From: an uncultured Elusimicrobia bacterium
GTDB lineage: Bacteria > Elusimicrobiota > Elusimicrobia > Elusimicrobiales > UBA9959
Length of the DNA: 41,538 nt
NCBI GenBank assembly: GCA_937870775.1
Contig: CALMZU010000306.1
Coordinates: 1-41,538 of the forward strand
Direction of reading: 5' to 3'
Shown: piece by piece, positions 38,998-41,538 of the stretch
Position numbering within the stretch: the stretch's first letter is position 1
Layout of the letters: every line of letters begins with the position of its first letter
Made by a program: the position numbers and the translations under genes
The notes under the pieces: model-generated
What the model saw: the letters and a program-made list of their open reading frames with translations, nothing else
Databases searched by the model: none
What the model was told of the DNA's origin: nothing

Positions 38998-39306
38998 TTA
39001 AACTATAGCCTCGCCGCACTTCTTGCAGGAGCGCAGCTTCTCGCCGCCCTGCATGGTGACCTTCACGCGGGCCGGCTTGCCGCACTTGGGGCAGACCAGC
39101 TGCACGTTGGAAATGTCCATCGGAGCCTCCACCTTGTGGATGCCGCCGGGCTTTTCCTTGGTGGTCTTCTTGTGCTTCGAGACGATATTGACGCCCATCA
39201 CGACGACCTTGCGGTCGGCGGGCATGACTTCTTTTATCTCGCCTTTCTTGCCTTTATCCTTGCCGGCGAGCACTATGACAGTGTCCTTCTTCTTGAGTTT
39301 CAGCAT
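38998..39306 (-). CDS. rplX: 50S ribosomal protein L24
   Basis: VLAGKDKGKKG, EAPMDISNV. Confidence 0.96.
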   Translation of the reverse strand: MLKLKKKDTVIVLAGKDKGKKGEIKEVMPADRKVVVMGVNIVSKHKKTTKEKPGGIHKVEAPMDISNVQLVCPKCGKPARVKVTMQGGEKLRSCKKCGEAIV

Positions 39307-39321
39307 ATTGTTTTTCCGCCT

Positions 39322-39690
39322 TTAAATAACTTCGGGAGCGAGCGAGACTATCTTGAGGAAGTTCTTCGCGCGCAGCTCGCGGGCCACGGGGCCGAACACG
39401 CGCGTGCCCTTGGGCTCGCCGTTGTCGTCTATCACGCAGACGGCGTTGTCGTCGAAGCGGATATAGGAACCGTCGGGGCGGCGGGTTTCCTTGGTGACGC
39501 GCACGACGACCGCCTTCACGACGTCGCCCTTCTTTATGGCGGCGTGCGGGATAGCGTCCTTCACGGCGCAGACGATGGTGTCGCCGAGGAAGGCGTACTT
39601 GCGGTAGCTGCCGCCGTTGATGTGGAAGCACATCAGCTTGCGGGCGCCGGAGTTATCGGCGACGTTGAGCATGGTCCTTAACTGTATCAT
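39322..39690 (-). CDS. rplN: 50S ribosomal protein L14
   Basis: [24 protein letters not shown]. Confidence 0.98.
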   Translation of the reverse strand: MIQLRTMLNVADNSGARKLMCFHINGGSYRKYAFLGDTIVCAVKDAIPHAAIKKGDVVKAVVVRVTKETRRPDGSYIRFDDNAVCVIDDNGEPKGTRVFGPVARELRAKNFLKIVSLAPEVI

Positions 39691-39714
39691 GTTATATCTC
39701 CGTTAGGCCCGGCC

Positions 39715-39987
39715 TTACTTCGAGGCCTTCTCGACTATGCGGCTCACGCGCCAGCGCTTCAGCGCCGACAGGGGCCTGATGCTGACGATCTCGACCAGGT
39801 CGCCCATCTTCGACTCGTTGGCCTCGTCGTGGGCGTAGAATTTGTGGTGGCGGCGCAGCGTCTTGGAGTACACGTTGTGGCTGATAACGTGGTCCACGCT
39901 GATCACGCGGGTCTTGGCCATCTTGTCGGAGACGACCACGCCGCGCAGGACTTTCCTCTGGTTCCTATTCTCGGTATTCTCGGTCAT
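39715..39987 (-). CDS. rpsQ: 30S ribosomal protein S17
   Basis: GVVVSDKM, AHDE, RPLSALKRW. Confidence 0.97.
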   Translation of the reverse strand: MTENTENRNQRKVLRGVVVSDKMAKTRVISVDHVISHNVYSKTLRRHHKFYAHDEANESKMGDLVEIVSIRPLSALKRWRVSRIVEKASK

Positions 39988-40208
39988 TTCTTCACCTCGG
40001 CCTTGGATTTAGCGAGCTCGCGCTGCCTGAGCCAGGTGTTGATCCGGGCTATCTTGCGGCGGGCGTTGCGAAGCTGCAGCGGGTTCTCGGTGGGAGAAGT
40101 GCTGCGCTTGAACTTTATCTGGAAGATCTGCTTCTTCAGGTCGGCGGCCTGCGCCTTCAGCTCGGCGTCGCCCATGTTCTTCAGGGACTCTTTCTCTTTT
40201 CTTTTCAT
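39984..40208 (-). CDS. rpmC: 50S ribosomal protein L29
   Basis: ENPLQLRNARRKIARINT; between rplP and rpsQ. Confidence 0.93.
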   Translation of the reverse strand: MKRKEKESLKNMGDAELKAQAADLKKQIFQIKFKRSTSPTENPLQLRNARRKIARINTWLRQRELAKSKAEVKK

Positions 40209-40227
40209 AATTTCAGGCGGCTCCTTC

Positions 40228-40644
40228 TTAGTTCTGCTCGCGGCTCACGAAGCGGGTCAGTATCGGCAGCTTGTGGCCGGCGCGGGTGAAAGCTTCCTTC
40301 GCGGTGGCCAGGTCCAGGCCCTCCACCTCGAACAGCATGCGGCCCGGCTTCACGACGGCGACCCAGTACTCGGGGGCGCCCTTACCCTTACCCATGCGGG
40401 TCTCGGCGGGGTGCTTGGTTATGGCCTTGTCGGGGAATATGCGGACCCAGATCTTGCCCTTCTTGCGGAGGTAGCGCACGATGCACACGCGGCACGCCTC
40501 TATCTGGCGGGCGGTGATCCAGCGGGGCTCGAGGGCCTTCAGGCCGTACTCGCCGAAAGCGAGCGTCGTGCCGCGCTTCGCGCTGCCCTTTATGCGGGGC
40601 GCGGAGTGCATCTTGCGGTATTTTACTCTCTTAGGCATCAACAT
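40228..40644 (-). CDS. rplP: 50S ribosomal protein L16
   Basis: [20 protein letters not shown]. Confidence 0.98.
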   Translation of the reverse strand: MLMPKRVKYRKMHSAPRIKGSAKRGTTLAFGEYGLKALEPRWITARQIEACRVCIVRYLRKKGKIWVRIFPDKAITKHPAETRMGKGKGAPEYWVAVVKPGRMLFEVEGLDLATAKEAFTRAGHKLPILTRFVSREQN

Positions 40645-40671
40645 AGTTATGCTCCTTGGTCAAAACTGCGT

Positions 40672-41406
40672 TCAGGCGGCCGGCTGTTCCTTGGCGGCGG
40701 CGGCCTCGTCCATCACCGGTATCTCGGTGGGGTTCTCGGCCTGCATCTTCTGCAGCTGCTCGCGCAGCTCGCGGGGGGTCTTCGCGAAGAACAGCTTCTT
40801 GAAGATCCACACCTTTATGCCGATCTTGCCCATCGAGGTGTGCGCCTCGGTGAGACCGTAATCGATGTCGGCGGAGATGGTCTGCAGCGGCACGCGGCCC
40901 TTGCGGTACCACTCGCGGCGGGCGATCTCGGCGCCGCCGAGGCGGCCGGAGGCCATGATCTTTATGCCGAGGGCGCCGGAGCCCATCGTGCGCTCCATCG
41001 CGCGCTTGATCGCGCGCTTGAAGGAGATGCGCTTCTCGAGCTGCTGCGCGACGTTCTGACCGACGAGGCGCGGGTCGAGCTCGGGGATCTTTATCTCGGA
41101 AACGTTGACGAAAACCTTGCGCTTGGTCAGCTTCTCGACGTCCTTCTTGAGGTTCTCGATGTCCGCGCCCTTGCGGCCGATCACCACGCCCGGGCGGGCG
41201 GTGTGGATCGTGACCTTCAGGTAGGCGCCGGCGCGCTCGATGTCGACCCAGCTGACGCTAGCCAGGTGGAAGCGCTCGGTCACCATCTGCCTGATCTCGA
41301 AATCCTCGCGGATCAGCTCGGGCATCTTCTTGGGGGAGAACCAGCGGGACTGCCAGTCCTGGATGTAGCCGAGGCGTAAGCCCTTAGGATGTATTTTCTG
41401 ACCCAT
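40672..41406 (-). CDS. rpsC: 30S ribosomal protein S3
   Basis: MGQKIHP, RPGVVIG, GRLGGAEIAR, GIKVWI. Confidence 0.98.
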   Translation of the reverse strand: MGQKIHPKGLRLGYIQDWQSRWFSPKKMPELIREDFEIRQMVTERFHLASVSWVDIERAGAYLKVTIHTARPGVVIGRKGADIENLKKDVEKLTKRKVFVNVSEIKIPELDPRLVGQNVAQQLEKRISFKRAIKRAMERTMGSGALGIKIMASGRLGGAEIARREWYRKGRVPLQTISADIDYGLTEAHTSMGKIGIKVWIFKKLFFAKTPRELREQLQKMQAENPTEIPVMDEAAAAKEQPAA

Positions 41407-41407
41407 A

Positions 41408-41538
41408 TTATTTGCTCCCCTTGGTGTCGGACACGGCCACGTGGATGTGGCACATCTTGCGCTTGAACGGCATCGCGCGGCCCTGCGGGCCGGGCTGCAG
41501 GCGGCGCAGGAACTTCATCGGGCCCTGGTCGGCGAAGC
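41408..41538 (-). CDS. rplV: 50S ribosomal protein L22, C-terminal part (truncated by window edge)
   Basis: Translated by hand: ...[42 protein letters not shown]; directly upstream of rpsC. Confidence 0.92.
   Translation of the reverse strand, partial: FADQGPMKFLRRLQPGPQGRAMPFKRKMCHIHVAVSDTKGSK

Overview
GC-rich bacterial chromosomal segment; gene order and protein style suggest Elusimicrobiota (inference only). Positions 1-1530 hold an apparently complete IS110-family (IS1111-type) element. It has 11-bp sub-terminal inverted repeats and a ~420-nt structured right end containing a 10-nt match to the flanking insertion site and a 9-nt match to the element's own right-end junction, i.e. a readable bridge/seek-RNA candidate. 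Next comes an unannotated three-gene cassette: two paralogous secreted proteins with variable Cys4 C-terminal tails, flanking a thioredoxin-like lipoprotein. After a two-component cluster and several secreted enzymes, almost all genes from 6126 to 41538 lie on the minus strand. In transcription order: the S10/spc/alpha ribosomal cluster (rplV partial to rplQ; no rpmD), mreBCD-mrdA-rodA, a TIGR03936-like gene, RNase E/G, amidase, murI, an orphan HicA with His->Tyr, comB-like, queC-queE, a PLD, and hpt-ftsH-cdaA followed by a 32-aa CdaR-like membrane peptide missing from the ORF track. Five genes that appear to head transcription units have a -10-like hexamer exactly 6 nt before the start codon, suggesting leaderless mRNAs. 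No rRNA, tRNA or CRISPR array was seen. All calls are by eye, with no database searches.
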